From the NCBI GenBank assembly GCA_051294375.1, contig CM119264.1, forward strand, positions 24,158,002 through 24,222,001: a stretch of 64,000 bases of DNA. Direction: 5' to 3'. A program made the translations under genes and the position numbers. Origin of the DNA: Paraspadella gotoi (Eukaryota; Animalia; Chaetognatha). The notes under the pieces were generated by a model, which ran no database searches, was not told where the DNA came from, and was given only the letters and a program-made list of their open reading frames with translations. This document shows positions 50,145-62,370 of the stretch, one piece after another; within the stretch, counting starts at the first letter, position 1; every line of letters begins with the position of its first letter.

Positions 50145-53100
50145 CTTTTCCATGATCATTACTCCAATGAAGATCATTGTCAACATTGTGGTTGTTGTCA
50201 TCGTTGTGATGATTGTTGTCATTGTAGTGGTTGTCATCGTCCTCCAGGACTTTTTTTCCATGGTCATTAGCCCAATGAAGATTGTTGTCGCTGATGTGAT
50301 TGTCATCATTGTGGGTGGTTGCTTGTTCATCGTGGTGGATGGTCGTCAATCCTCCTCTGCTCCTTTTCCATGGTCATTACTCAATAAGATCATTGTCGAC
50401 ATTGTGGTTGTTGTCATCATTGTGATGATTGTTGTCATTGTGCGTGGTTGTTTCGTCATCCGTGGTGGATGTCAGTCATCCGCTCCTCCAGGCCTCTTTC
50501 CATGATCATTACTCCAATGAAGATCATTGTCGACATTGTGTTGTTGTCATCATTGTGATGATTGTTGTATATGTAGGTTTGTTGTCATGGTGGTGGTGTC
50601 ATCGTTCCTCCAGGCCCCTTTTCCATGATCATTACTCAATGAAGATCATTGTCGACATTGTGGTTGTTGTCATCGTTGTGATGATTGTTATCATTGTGAT
50701 GGTTGTCATTATAGGGTGGTTGTCATCGTCCTCCAGGGCCCCTTTTCCATGGTCGTTACCCCAATGAAGATTGTTGTCGCTCAATGTGATTGTCACAATT
50801 GGTGGTGGCTGTTGTCATCGTGGTGGATTATCGTCGTCCTCCTCTGCTCCCTTTTCCATGATCATTACTCCAATAGAAGATCATTTTCCACATTGTTGGT
50901 TGTTGTCATCATTGTGATGATTGTTGTCATTGTAGTGGTTGTCATTATAGTGGTGGTTTGTCATCGTCCTCCAGGACTTCTTTTCCATGGTGCGTTACCC
51001 CAATGAAGATTGTTGTCGCTCATGTGATTGTCATCATTGTGGTGGCTGTTGTCACTCGTGGTGGATGTACTCGTCTCTCCTCTGCTCCTTTTCCATGATC
51101 ATTACTCCAATGAAGATCATTTTCCACATTGTGGTTGTTTCATCATTGTGATGATTGTTGTCATTCGTAGTGGTTGTCATATAAGTGTGGTTGTCATCGT
51201 CCTCCAGGACTTCTTTCCATGGTCGTTACCCCAATGAAGACTGTTGTCCGCTGATTCATCATTGTGTGGTTGTTGTCATCGTGGTGGATATCGTCATCCT
51301 CTTCTGCTCCTTTTCCATGGTCATTACTCTCAATGAAGATCATCCTCGACATTGTGGTTGTTGTCAACTTGTGATGATTGTCATCATTGTGATGGTTGTC
51401 ATCGTCCTCCGCCTGGGTCTCTTTTCCATGGTCAATTACCCCAATGAATATCGCCATCGCTGATGTTGGTGGTTGTGTGTGGTGGTGGTGGTGTCATCAT
51501 CCTTCCTCCTGTCCCATGGTCATGACCCATGAAGAAGTCGTCGCGATGTGGTTGTCGTCGTGATGTGGTTTGTCGTCTTGCGCCTCCTGCTCTTCTTCCT
51601 CTCCCCGTCCTCCATGGATGTGACCCCAATGTTGATCGCTGTTCTCATTTCTGATGTCATGGCCGTCGTGGTTATCGTTAACAATGTGGTGTTTTGTTGT
51701 TGTAGTGATTAACGTGTCGTAGTCGTCGTTCTCCTCTGAATCCTGCAAATCAAAAACCGAGTTCTTATACAGTGACAGGGCGATTGTAAATTAGGTTAAA
51801 GAGGCTTGTTAAAGAATTAGAGTGCTTGCATCACACACCATCAGACTTGGGGGGATGTATGATGCCTAAGAACTGCTCAGTGCTCACGGCATCGTCTCCC
51901 ACAACACTCAAACAAACTCCTCCCCACAAGACATATGTTGCCACAAATTACCTTTTCTGAATATTCACATAAAAACCAAGCCATCTTCCCAGCACAAAAC
52001 AAAACATCCTCTTAAAAACAAAGCCACCGTTGCCTCGAAATGCCATCTTCTCCGTCGACGACGGATTCGCTCTTCGTCGCGCGCGCGATGATGATGACGC
52101 CTCCCTCGATCACGTGAAACGGCTTCCGGCGCCGACGACGACGACGGCGCTCTTGTCCGGTACGATGTCGGCCTCCAAATCCTCGACTTCTCGACGAAGA
52201 GATTCGAGTTTTGATCTCTTGGCCGCGACGGAGACCCATCCACGTCCACTCCTACGGAGGTTGGAGTGTGGTTGTGGGGGGGGGGACTGAGAAAGCTTGG
52301 TATAGAGAGACCTCCAGTTTAAACTCCCGCTCTTTTCCAAACCCAGAAATTTGGGGCGTTAGGGATGTTGCAGAGTGGAATATGGAAGTGTGAATAGGCT
52401 TACAAACAACAATTCTTTCTCTCTTTCTCTCTCTTCTCTCTCTCCATAACCTTTCTCAAGCAGTTCCCTCTCTTTCTTCTCCAACTTTCGGTTTTTTTAC
52501 ATCCGCTCGATGTAGACTGCGAATCGCCGCCAACTGACGCTTCAAGTCTTTGATCTCTTCCTTCAGTGACGCCTTCTTCGCGTCGAGCCTAACATCGACG
52601 CCGCCGACGGTGTGATGGACTTCCGCTAACGTGGATGGTCGACGTCACCACTAACCCTGCCACCCGATGCCAACTTCTATCCTCACATTCTCTCTCATCT
52701 CCTCCTCTTCCTCCTCCAGCTCCACTCTGCCCAGAAGCTTTAAGTTCTTCTCCAGCAGTTCTAAGAATTTTCTCTCTTCGCTGTCGAGCTTCCGGCGACG
52801 CCGTGACGCCGCTCGAGCGTACACCGCTTTAAAGCGCCGCGAACTTCCGGCGCCTTCTTCTCCTGCAATTCTTGGAGGACGTGGCGCTCGGCATCCGTCT
52901 CTCCTCGGGGCGTGTTCCATTCGCCGCCAGCGCATTGTCTTCAGATTGAAGCATTGCTGCTGCAAAAAAAAAAAAAAAAACAAACCAACAAAAAAAACAA
53001 CAAAAAGACGATCACCCAAATAAAAAACCCTTTCAACCATGTTAGCGGTTTCGGCACGGTGGCGCCTTGACTTTAGGCGCCCTCGTCGTCGTCCGTCGTC

Positions 53101-53675
53101 GTCGTCTTCGTAACGACGGAGCTTTCGTCAACTTGGCGGCTTTGGGCGGTTGGCTCACCGCCCGCCTTCTTTGGGTCGTGCGTCGTCGTCCTCTTCATCT
53201 TCGTCGTCGTCGTCGTTCGCTTTTTTCGCTTTTGTCGTTTTCCTGTGATTTTTTTGGCGCTTTGGTCGTCGTCTTCGCGTCTGTCTTCGTCGTCTTTGTC
53301 GACGGGTTTTTTCGTCGTTTTCGTCGTCGTCGTTCTCTTTTTCCCTTTTCGTCCTTCACGCTCGTTCCCTTTCCAATTCCTTTCGTCTCGCAAAATTTTC
53401 CCGTCCAATATCTCCGGACACTCGCAAATAAAGGAACCGCGATTTAGAATGACGCAAGACCCGCCGTTGCAAGGGTGAGGAAAGCACAGGTCTTCTTTTG
53501 CTCCGCGATTTAATCTGTTGGGTAAGTTTAAGAGTATTTTTAAGTAAACATTGTCAACTTGTAATTTTTACTATGTGTCTTTTAACTTAAAACTAAGGTT
53601 GACACTCTTAATTTTTTTGACAAAGTAATCAACATTTAATCGCACAGAATTTTTGCTCATTGTCATCTTCACTGA
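50145..53675. repeat. Noisy duplicate of the His repeat and ~54446-56797; probable gap-fill artefact
   Basis: 51295-53675 is collinear with 54446-56797 apart from indels, and is bounded by 25-N gaps. Confidence 0.9.
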
Positions 53676-53700
53676 NNNNNNNNNNNNNNNNNNNNNNNNN

Positions 53701-56700
53701 TGTGATGATTGTTGTCATTGTGATGGTTGTCATTATAGTGATGGTTGTCATCGTCCTCCAGGGCCTCTTTTCCATGATCATTACTCCAATGAAGATCATT
53801 GTCGACATGGTCGTTACCCCAATGAAGATTGTTGTCGCTCACTGTGATTGTCATCATGTGGGTGGCTGTTGTCATCGTGGTGGATGTCGTCGTCCTCCTC
53901 TGCTCCTTTTCCATGATCATTACTCCAATGAAGATCATTTTCCACATTGTGGTTGTTGTCATCATTGTGATGATTGTTGTCATTGTAGTGGTTGTCATTA
54001 TAGTGGTGGTTGTCATCTCCTCCAGGACTTTCTTTTCCATGTGTCGTTACCCCAATGAAGACTGTGTGTCGCTGATGTCATCATTGTGTGGTTGTTGTCA
54101 TCGTGGTGGATATCAGTCAGTCCTCCTCTCCTTCTGCNNNNNNNNNNNNNNNNNNNNNNNNNNNNNNNNNNNNNNNNNNNNNNNNNNNNNNNNNNNNNNN
54201 NNNNNNNNNNNNNNNNNNNNNNNNNNNNNNNNNNNNNNNNNNNNNNNNNNNNNNNNNNNNNNNNNNNNNNNNNNNNNNNNNNNNNNNNNNNNNNNNNNNN
54301 NNNNNNNNNNNNNNNNNNNNNNNNNNNNNNNNNNNNNNNNNNNNNNNNNNNNNNNNNNNNNNNNNNNNNNNNNNNNNNNNNNNNNNNNNNNNNNNNNNNN
54401 NNNNNNNNNNNNNNNNNNNNNNNNNNNNNNNNNNNNNNNNNNNNNNTCATCCTCTTCTGCTCCTTTTCCATGGTCATTACTCCAATGAAGATCATCCTCG
54501 ACATTGTGGTTGTTGTCAACGTTGTGATGATTGTCATCATTGTGATGGTTGTCATCGTCCTCCTCCTGGGTCTCTTTTCCATGGTCATTACCCCAATGAA
54601 TATCGCCATCGCTGATGTGGTGGTTGTTGTGGTGGTGGTGGTTGTCATCATCCTTTCCTCCTGTCCCATGGTCATGATCCCACTGAAGAAGGTCGTCGCT
54701 GATGTGGTTGTCGTCGCTGATGTGGTTGTCGTCTTGCGCCTCCTGCTCTTCTTCCTCTCCCCGTCCTCCATGGATGTGACCCCAATGTTGATCGCTGTTC
54801 TCATTTCTGATGTCATGGCCGTCGTGGTTATCGTTATCAATGTGGTGTTTGTTGTTGTAGTGATTAACGTCGTCGTAGTCGTCGTTCTCCTCTGAATCCT
54901 GCAATCAAAAACCGAGTTCTTGATACAGTGACAGGGCGATTGTAAATTAGGTTAAAGAGGCTTGTTAAAGAATTAGAGTGCTTGCATCACACCCATCAGA
55001 CTTGGGGGGGGGGATGTATGATGCCTAAGAACTGCTCAGTGCTCACGGCATCGTCTCCCACAAACTGAAAACAAACTCCTTCCCCACAAGACATATGTTG
55101 CACAATTACCTTTTCTGATATTCACTAAAAACCAAGCCATCTTCCCAGCACAAAACAAAACATCCTCTTAAAAACAAAGCACAACCGTTGCCTCGAAATG
55201 CCCATCTTCTCCGTCGACGACGGATTCGCTCTTCGTCGCCGCGCGATGATGATGACGCTCTCCGATCACGTGAACGGCTTCCGGCGCCGACGACGACGAC
55301 GACGACTCTTGTCCGGTGACGATGTCGGCCTCCAAATCCTCGACTTCTCGACGAAGAGATTCGAGTTTTGATCTCTTGGCCGACGGAGACCCATCCACGT
55401 CCACTCCTACGGAGGTTGAGTGTGGTTGTGGGGGGGGGGCACTGAGAAAGCTTGTATAGAGAGACCTCCAGTTTAAACTCCCGCTCTTTTCCAAACCCAG
55501 AAATTGGGGCGTTAGGGATGTTGCAGAGTGGAATATGGAAGTGTGAATAGGGCTTACAAACAACAATTCTTTCTCTCTTTCTCTCTCTCTCTCTCTCCAT
55601 AAACCTTTCTCAAGCAGTTCCCTCTCTTTCTTCTCCAACTTTCGGTTTTTTACATCCGCTCGATGTAGACTGCGAATCGCCGCCAACTGACGCTTCAAGT
55701 CTTTGATCTCTTCCTTCAGTGACGCCTTCTTCGCGTCGAGCCTAACATCGACGCCGCCGACGGTGTGATGGACTCCGCTAACGTGATGGTCGACGTCACC
55801 ACTAACCCTGCCACCGATGCCAACTTTCTTCCTCACATTCTCTCTCATCTCCTCCTCTTCCTCCTCCAGCTCCACTCTGCCCAGAAGCTTTAAGTTCTTC
55901 TCCAGCAGTTCTAAGAATTTTCTCTCTTCGCTGTCGAGCTTCGCGACGCCGTGACGCCGCTCGAGCGACACCGCTTTAAGCGCCGCGAACTTCCGGCGCT
56001 CTTCCTCCTGCAATTCTTGGAGGACGTGGCGCTCGGCATCCGTCTCTCCTCGGGCGTGTTCCATCGCCGCCAGCGCATTGTCTTCAGATTGAAGCATTGC
56101 TGCAAAAAAAAACAAAAAACAAACAAACAAAAAAACAAACAAAAAGACGATCACCAAATAAAAAACCCTTTTCACCATGTAGCGGTTTCGGCACGGGTGG
56201 CGCCTTGACTTTAGGCGCCCTCGTCGTCGTCGTCGTCGTCGTCTTCGTAACGACGGGAGCTTTCGTCAACTTGGCGGCTTTGGGCGGTTGGCTCACCGCC
56301 GCCTTCTTTGGGGTCGTCGTCGTCGTCTTCTTCATCTTCGTCGTCGTCGTCGTCGCTTTTTTCGCTTTTGTCGTTTCCTGTGATTTTTTTGGCGCTTTGG
56401 TCGTCGTCTTCGTCGTCTTCGTCGTCTTTGTCGACGGGTTTTTCGTCGTTTTCGTCGTCGTCGTCTTTTTCCCTTTTTCGTCCTTCACGCTCGTTCCCTT
56501 TCCAATTCCTTTCGTCTCGCAAAATTTTCCCGTCCAATTCTCCGGACACTCGCAAATAAAGGAACCGCGATTTAGAATGACGCAAGACCCGCCGTTGCAA
56601 GGGTGAGGAAAGCACAGGTCTTCTTTGCTCCGCGATTTAATCTGTTGGGTAAGTTTAAGAGTATTTTTTAAGTAAACATGTCAACTTGTAATTTTACTAT

Positions 56701-59700
56701 GTGTCTTTTAACTTAAAACTAAGGTTGACACTCTTAATTTTTTGACAAAGTAATCAACATTTAATCGCACAGAATTTTTGCTCATTGTCATCTTCAACAT
56801 TCCTTGACAGTGATCAATCTTCGCATTCTACCTCCTCAATAGGGTGAAGTGAAAGTTTGAAATCAAAATTTAACAGTTATATCTTGAAAACTGTCATATT
56901 AGTAAATATTTATTTGAAGTTATTTTTCTTTTTTTACAAATATAGTAGCCCAGTCAGCTTATTTTGTATATAGTACTACCCTTATATAATGTTGAAATTT
57001 AAAAATGTTTTTTTTTAAATTCTGAGAACTGATTCAGATTCTTTGTTAAAAGTTGATAAAAACAATATATAAATCTTTTTCAAAAATTTTGTCATTAAGT
57101 AGGTTAAAATTACAGAATATATTTTTAAGCTGGAAATTAAAAATTGGTGTCTTTAATATAATTTTTTACATTTTTTACCAACTTAATAAAATAATTTAAA
57201 AAAAAAATTATACTTTCTTATATCAACTTTTTGCAAGGAATCCAAATTAAAAAATAAATTTACCTATGTTTTTTTATTGTTTTTTTTTTTTATGTTTTAT
57301 ATGCTAAATTTTAATTTTCTAAAATTATATCATTTTCACATCACTCTACTCCTCAATTACCTGACACTTGTGTCCAGTCACCCCCAGTTCGCATTGACAC
57401 ACGAATTGCTTTGGGTCAACCGGCGACTTCCGGCACTTGCCCCAATGACACGGGTTCGGGGTGCAAGGGTGGTCCGACTTCCAATTCTCGCAATTTCCGC
57501 CCCAAGCCCAGTGGGGGCAAAGGCAGCGATAGCGGTGCTGCGTCTCCTGAACGCATGTCCCGTCGCCGCAGGGGTTGGGGTCGCAGGGTAGGTGGTCGGT
57601 GTGGACAAGAACGTGGTCGGGGTGAACAACGACGTGGTCGTGGTGGTCGATCAACTGTGCAGCCGGGTCCAGTGGGTCGCGGTGATGGTGGGCGACGGAG
57701 TGGTCGAGATCAAAATGGAGAAGCTCGTCTTTCTTCTCCGCCAATTTGGACAAAAGTTTGTTCATCTTTTTCGTCTCTTTAGCGGTTGATTTGCTCATCT
57801 TGGCTGGGATGGAATAATAAAATATAAATGAAAAAAATAATGTATGCTAAATGAATGTACATGGATTGAAGTTTATAAAAAAATCAAATTCTAAGTAATA
57901 TGGATGAGATAGTAAATGAGTGGAAACGCGATCTGAATGAACTTAGTTGTATGAATTTAGTTCAACAATAAATATTAAAAAAAAAAAAATAGTAAGGCAT
58001 GCAAAACAAAAAAAAGTTGATTTGAAATATCTGACCTTTTCCCTTAGCCGCCGCAGGTTTCTTCGCCTCGCCTTTATCCACGGGCCGCTCGCACCTGACG
58101 CCCGTCCATCCAGGATGGCAACTGCAGACGTCGGTGCCCTTGTGGCCTTCGCAGATTCCGTGGACGCAGGGCGTGGCATGACAAGACTCGTGGCGGAGAT
58201 CGACGTCGATCTCAACCGTGTCGTCAAACTCTGGATGACACGAGGAGGAAGAGGAGGAGTGATCGCACTTCCTCGTCGCGTGAACCTCGTGCGATGCTCC
58301 ATGCGCCGAGACTGCCGACGTCTCGCATCGCGCGCCCACCCATCCGGACTTGCAGACGCAAGAATATCGATTGTGATGGTGAACGTCGAGTTTGCAAGTT
58401 CCCCCGTTGGCGCAAGGAGAAAATTGGCAGACGTCTAAGTAATGGTGAGGCTCAATGGCGGACGGCAGCGGCGGCGGCGTAGGCGGCCTCACCGGCGATG
58501 AGCAAAACTTACCCTCCCAACCGGAATGACAGTGGCAACGGCGGCGGTGAGAGTCGGCGACGCACTCTCCATTATGACAAGGGTTCGGATGACAGCTGTC
58601 AATCGTCGTCGTCGGCCCCATCGCCTTTTCGCATCGCGACCCTTGAAAGCCTTTCTGGCACCAACAGTCCACCCCTGTCTCATCCCATCGGGGCACGCAC
58701 AGCCCTCCGTTGCAAGGGTTGGGATGGCAGCCGGTGTGATGGATTAGCTTGGTGAGGACGTGATCTTCGGGTGAATCTTCGTCGTCGTCGTCGAAGAACT
58801 CGTTGGCCTGAAGGTGAGATCGAGGGTGAGGCGGTGGCTGTTTTTTTTTACACAATAAATCAAAATAATTAGATAATCTAATTAAATAGCTTTTGAGAGA
58901 TAATGTGTTTTGTTCGTATGGAATATGACTTTCAAAGTCAGCGATCAAAAATTCAACAATTCACCCCCCCCCAATTTTCACCTCCTCCTCCATCCCCTAT
59001 GATAAACGAACACGTGCTGCTGCGCACCGCTTGGTGGCAAATGACTCTTATGCAGCCGCACGGTGCAGCGGCGCCCCATCCAGCCCCGCCCGCAATCGCA
59101 CTTGAAGCCGAAGTGTTTGTGAGCGATGCAGGTGCCGGCGTGGCACGGGTTAGGGTCGCACGCGCCGTGCATGCCGTCTAGGTCGTGAGCGTCATGCGTG
59201 TACCGGAAGTCGGGCGCGTGATAAATCCCGTGATGTCCTTCGTCGTCTTGTTCGTCTTCGTTGTCGTCTTCGATGTCGGTCTCGACGTCCGAGTCGCTCG
59301 TCGATCTCCCAATCTCCACCTTCAGCGGATCGAATTTGACCCGACAAGTTTTTCCCGACCAAGGAAGTCGGCAAAAGCACTCGCTCTCGTGATTCTCCGT
59401 TCGGTGACATCGACCCTTGTGCCGACACGGGTTGGGTCTGCAAGGGTCTGACACGACGACGGCGCCCCCCGAGGTTCCGGAATGGATTGTCGGCGTTCGC
59501 TCCCTCTCCTCGTCCGGCAGACCACAGTCGGCACCGGAAAAGCCTTTCGGGCATCGGCAGAGGAAAGCTTGATGTTCGTGGTCGGCGACGACGAAGCAGG
59601 AGCCGCGAACGCAGGGCCGCGCCGCACAAGGATCGGCGGTGGAGGAGATGGAGACTCCGGCGATGGAACCGTCGTGGGTCTCTTCGAGTATCACCTGGGG

Positions 59701-60613
59701 GGGAAGAGAGAGAGAGAGAGAGAGAAAATAAATCTGCGGGTTTACAGTAATTCAAGCCTTCCTATGTTTCGACGCCATTGCCAGTTACATCCGGGCTGCC
59801 GTCATTCCCTCGCGGATCAAAATGTTTAAAAACAGACCTTAGCGCCGGAATCCCCTCGACGTTTTCCGGTTTTCGTGCCGCAATTCGGGCCGAACCATGC
59901 AGCGTGGCACAGACATTCGTAGCGTCCGTCCTGCGCCGCGTAACATGCTCCGTGTCTACAGGGTTTCCCGACGCAAGGGTTTGTTTGTCGGTCGATATGT
60001 ATTTCGTGTCGCCGAAGAGAAGAGTCGTCGTCGGCGTCGTCAGCGGCGTCGTCTGCGGCGGCGCCAGCGGCGTTATTTTTTTCGCGCGAATGAAACTTTT
60101 TATCTTTCGCTCCGTTGCTTCCGTGTTTTTTATTTTTTTTTATATTCGCCTTTGAATTTAAAGAAATAAAATTGACTATTTTTTTCCCTATATAAACATT
60201 AAACACCTTTCCTTTATGTCTTTATAGTTGATGTCATAACAATATCTTTATAAAACCCCACCTATACTCCAATAGTTAACCTTACCTTTATCAATCCCAC
60301 GAACGTCGGTGGCGTGACCGAATGCGTCACGACGTGATGGGTTCCATGTTCGACGCCCTCCTCCGGATCCTCGAGGGTCAACCTCCGATGAACGTTGGCC
60401 AGTTTCCGGTCCACGTCCGCCATCTTGCGTCGACCTTGATTAAATTCTCTTCTCACCGCGCGATCCACGTTTCCCCTTTGGAGGATTGAATGATAGATTG
60501 TCTGACTGAGTGATTGATTAACTGATTTACTTATTGACTGATTGGTCGACCGATTGACTTTCTGATTTACTGTCTGCTTAACTCTCTTCTCTCACTCTCT
60601 CACTCACTCTACT

Positions 60614-60646
<33 letters not shown>

Positions 60647-61583
60647 TCTCCAACCTTCTCTTATGAAACTCTCCCTCCAACGACGCACTCAGATTCCTCA
60701 ATTCTCTCCCCCTCTTCCGATGCAACATCTCCAATCGAGCCTTCAACTCATCCACGCGCTCTTGGACCCTCTCGACGACCTTCTTCTCGGCCGACTTCCT
60801 CCACTCGGCCAAGTTCTTCTCCAATTCGGCCGAAACTTTGATATTCCGCTCCTCTTCCTCTTTTTGTTCCAGTCGTTCTTCGTCCTTTAGGAGTCTGTGC
60901 TCCAGCATCGCCGCGTCCACCGAGTCCTGATGTTGAGAGAGAGTGGGAGGGAGAAAGAGAGAGAGAGAAAGAGAGATTTTTAAAAATTCAAAAAAAAATT
61001 TAAAAATTTTAGAAATTACAAAGTCCAAAAATTTTTAAAAAATTTAAATTTTAAATTTCAAATAACTTTAAAAAATTCAAAAGCTTTAATGTCGCAAATA
61101 CTATAAGTATTATATGAACGTATATATATTAATGAAAATTATTTTTCGATTTTAATTATACGTATTATCTTTTTTATATTTTCCTATTTTTCGATCACCT
61201 TCGCCACAACTCGCTTCGACGTTCGTTCGGCCTTTCGGGGAAAAACAGAAGAAGAATCAACGAATAACTTGAATAAACTGAATAATTCAATCAACGAATA
61301 ACAATCCACAATCAGCCAATGAGCAATCTAAAAATCATTCACCTCAACATCCGCGATATTCGCCCTCAATTTTTTAATTTTCTTCCTCAACTCTTCCTCC
61401 CTCATCTTCCTCTTCCTCCTCTCCTCCCTTTGCCTTCGCCTCTCCTCCGCCTTGTCCCACCACTTTTTCCTCTTCTCCTCCTCCTCATTCCTCTTGTCTT
61501 TCCTCTTCTCTCCATCCTCCTTCGCCATTTCCCTCTCCTTCATGATTTTCTCCACTTGGTCGTCGAAATGATTTTCTTTTTTC
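53701..61583 (-). CDS. 5' part of giant His-rich EGF protein: coiled coils, 11 EGF-like repeats, Lys/Thr-rich stalk, start of His/Asp/Asn repeat exon
   Basis: Exons ~61583-61343, 61231-61199, 60927-60656, 60475-60286, 60149-59838 (1 EGF), 59694-~58983 (3 EGF), 58807-58035 (4 EGF), 57803-57361 (2 EGF), 56641-56176 (1 EGF + KTTTTKTTK tract), 56099-55605, 55407-55186, and 54898 into the gap (DDLHWSNDHGK repeats). Six-Cys EGF spacing, e.g. CQFSPCANGGTCKLDVHHHNRYSCVCKSGWVGARCE. The junction near 58983 is not phase-resolved. Confidence 0.85.
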
Positions 61584-61632
61584 CTGGACGACGACGAAAC
61601 TTATTTATCTGATGATTGTGTATAAGAGGTAT

Positions 61633-62370
61633 TATGGCAACGGGAGAATAGCCTGTGATACCCGGGGCGCGGGGTATCTCACCAACTGGCGTAGGGGCTG
61701 CGGACCCTCAGTGACCGCCTCCTGTCACTGGCATGTTTATACCGGCACCGTCAAATTTAAGCCAGAACCGGGGTACCCGGGGATTGAACCCGGGACGCAC
61801 GGATGGAATGAGATGATTTAGCCTGCTCAGCCATTGAGACGAGGCTGAGGACGGACAGCAGTGAGGCAGCTTTAAGTCTTGCTGCCACAGGATCCCCCCA
61901 CCAGACTTCTCCACAGGGGCCTCAATCCTGAGGAGATGTCTGAGAGAAGGTTTTGATCTCATTGCCATAGTGAGAGCGAGCGGGCGAGCGAGCGAGCGAG
62001 TCTGGAGCGTTACCAGAGAAGTAGGGCATAGGCGTGATATGCATACCCTAAGCGACGTAAGCGTGGGCGCACGGTGCGCAGCGGTTGCGTGTTCGAGAGT
62101 CGGGCTCACCACTTATGGCAACGGGAGGATAGCCTGTGATACCCGGGGCGCGGGGTATCTCACCAACTGGCGTAGGGGCTGCGGACCCTCAGTGACCGCC
62201 TCCTGTCACTGGCATGTTTATACCGGCACCGTCACATTTAAGCCAGAACCGGGATACCCGGGGATTGAACCCGGGACGCACGGATGGAATGAGATGATTT
62301 AGCCTGCTCAGCCATTGAGACGAGGCTGAGGACGGACAGCAGTGAGGCAGCTTTAAGTCTTGCTGCCACA
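61633..62370 (-). mobile_element. Complete non-autonomous miniature LTR retrotransposon (TRIM) with tRNA-like A/B boxes in its LTRs
   Basis: 257-bp direct repeats at 61633-61889 and 62114-62370 with 3 mismatches seen. Ends TGTGGCAGC...GTTGCCATA (minus strand), 4-bp TSD GTAT (61629-32 / 62371-74), PBS TGGTGAGCCCGAC just inside the 5' LTR, and G-rich PPT GGTGGGGGG before the 3' LTR. Confidence 0.88.

Noticed and set aside
48700-54900. CRISPR-like array (conserved ~30-bp unit with variable spacers)
   Set aside because: The 'spacers' are themselves related codon repeats in one His/Asp/Asn frame. The context is eukaryotic and there are no cas genes.
61590-61630. Hammerhead-like GAAAC...CTGATGA next to the TRIM (retrozyme hypothesis)
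   Set aside because: It lies outside the LTRs and the required stems cannot be formed.
61612-62302. ORFs within the direct repeats
   Set aside because: No gag/pol motifs; they are incidental to the LTR sequence.
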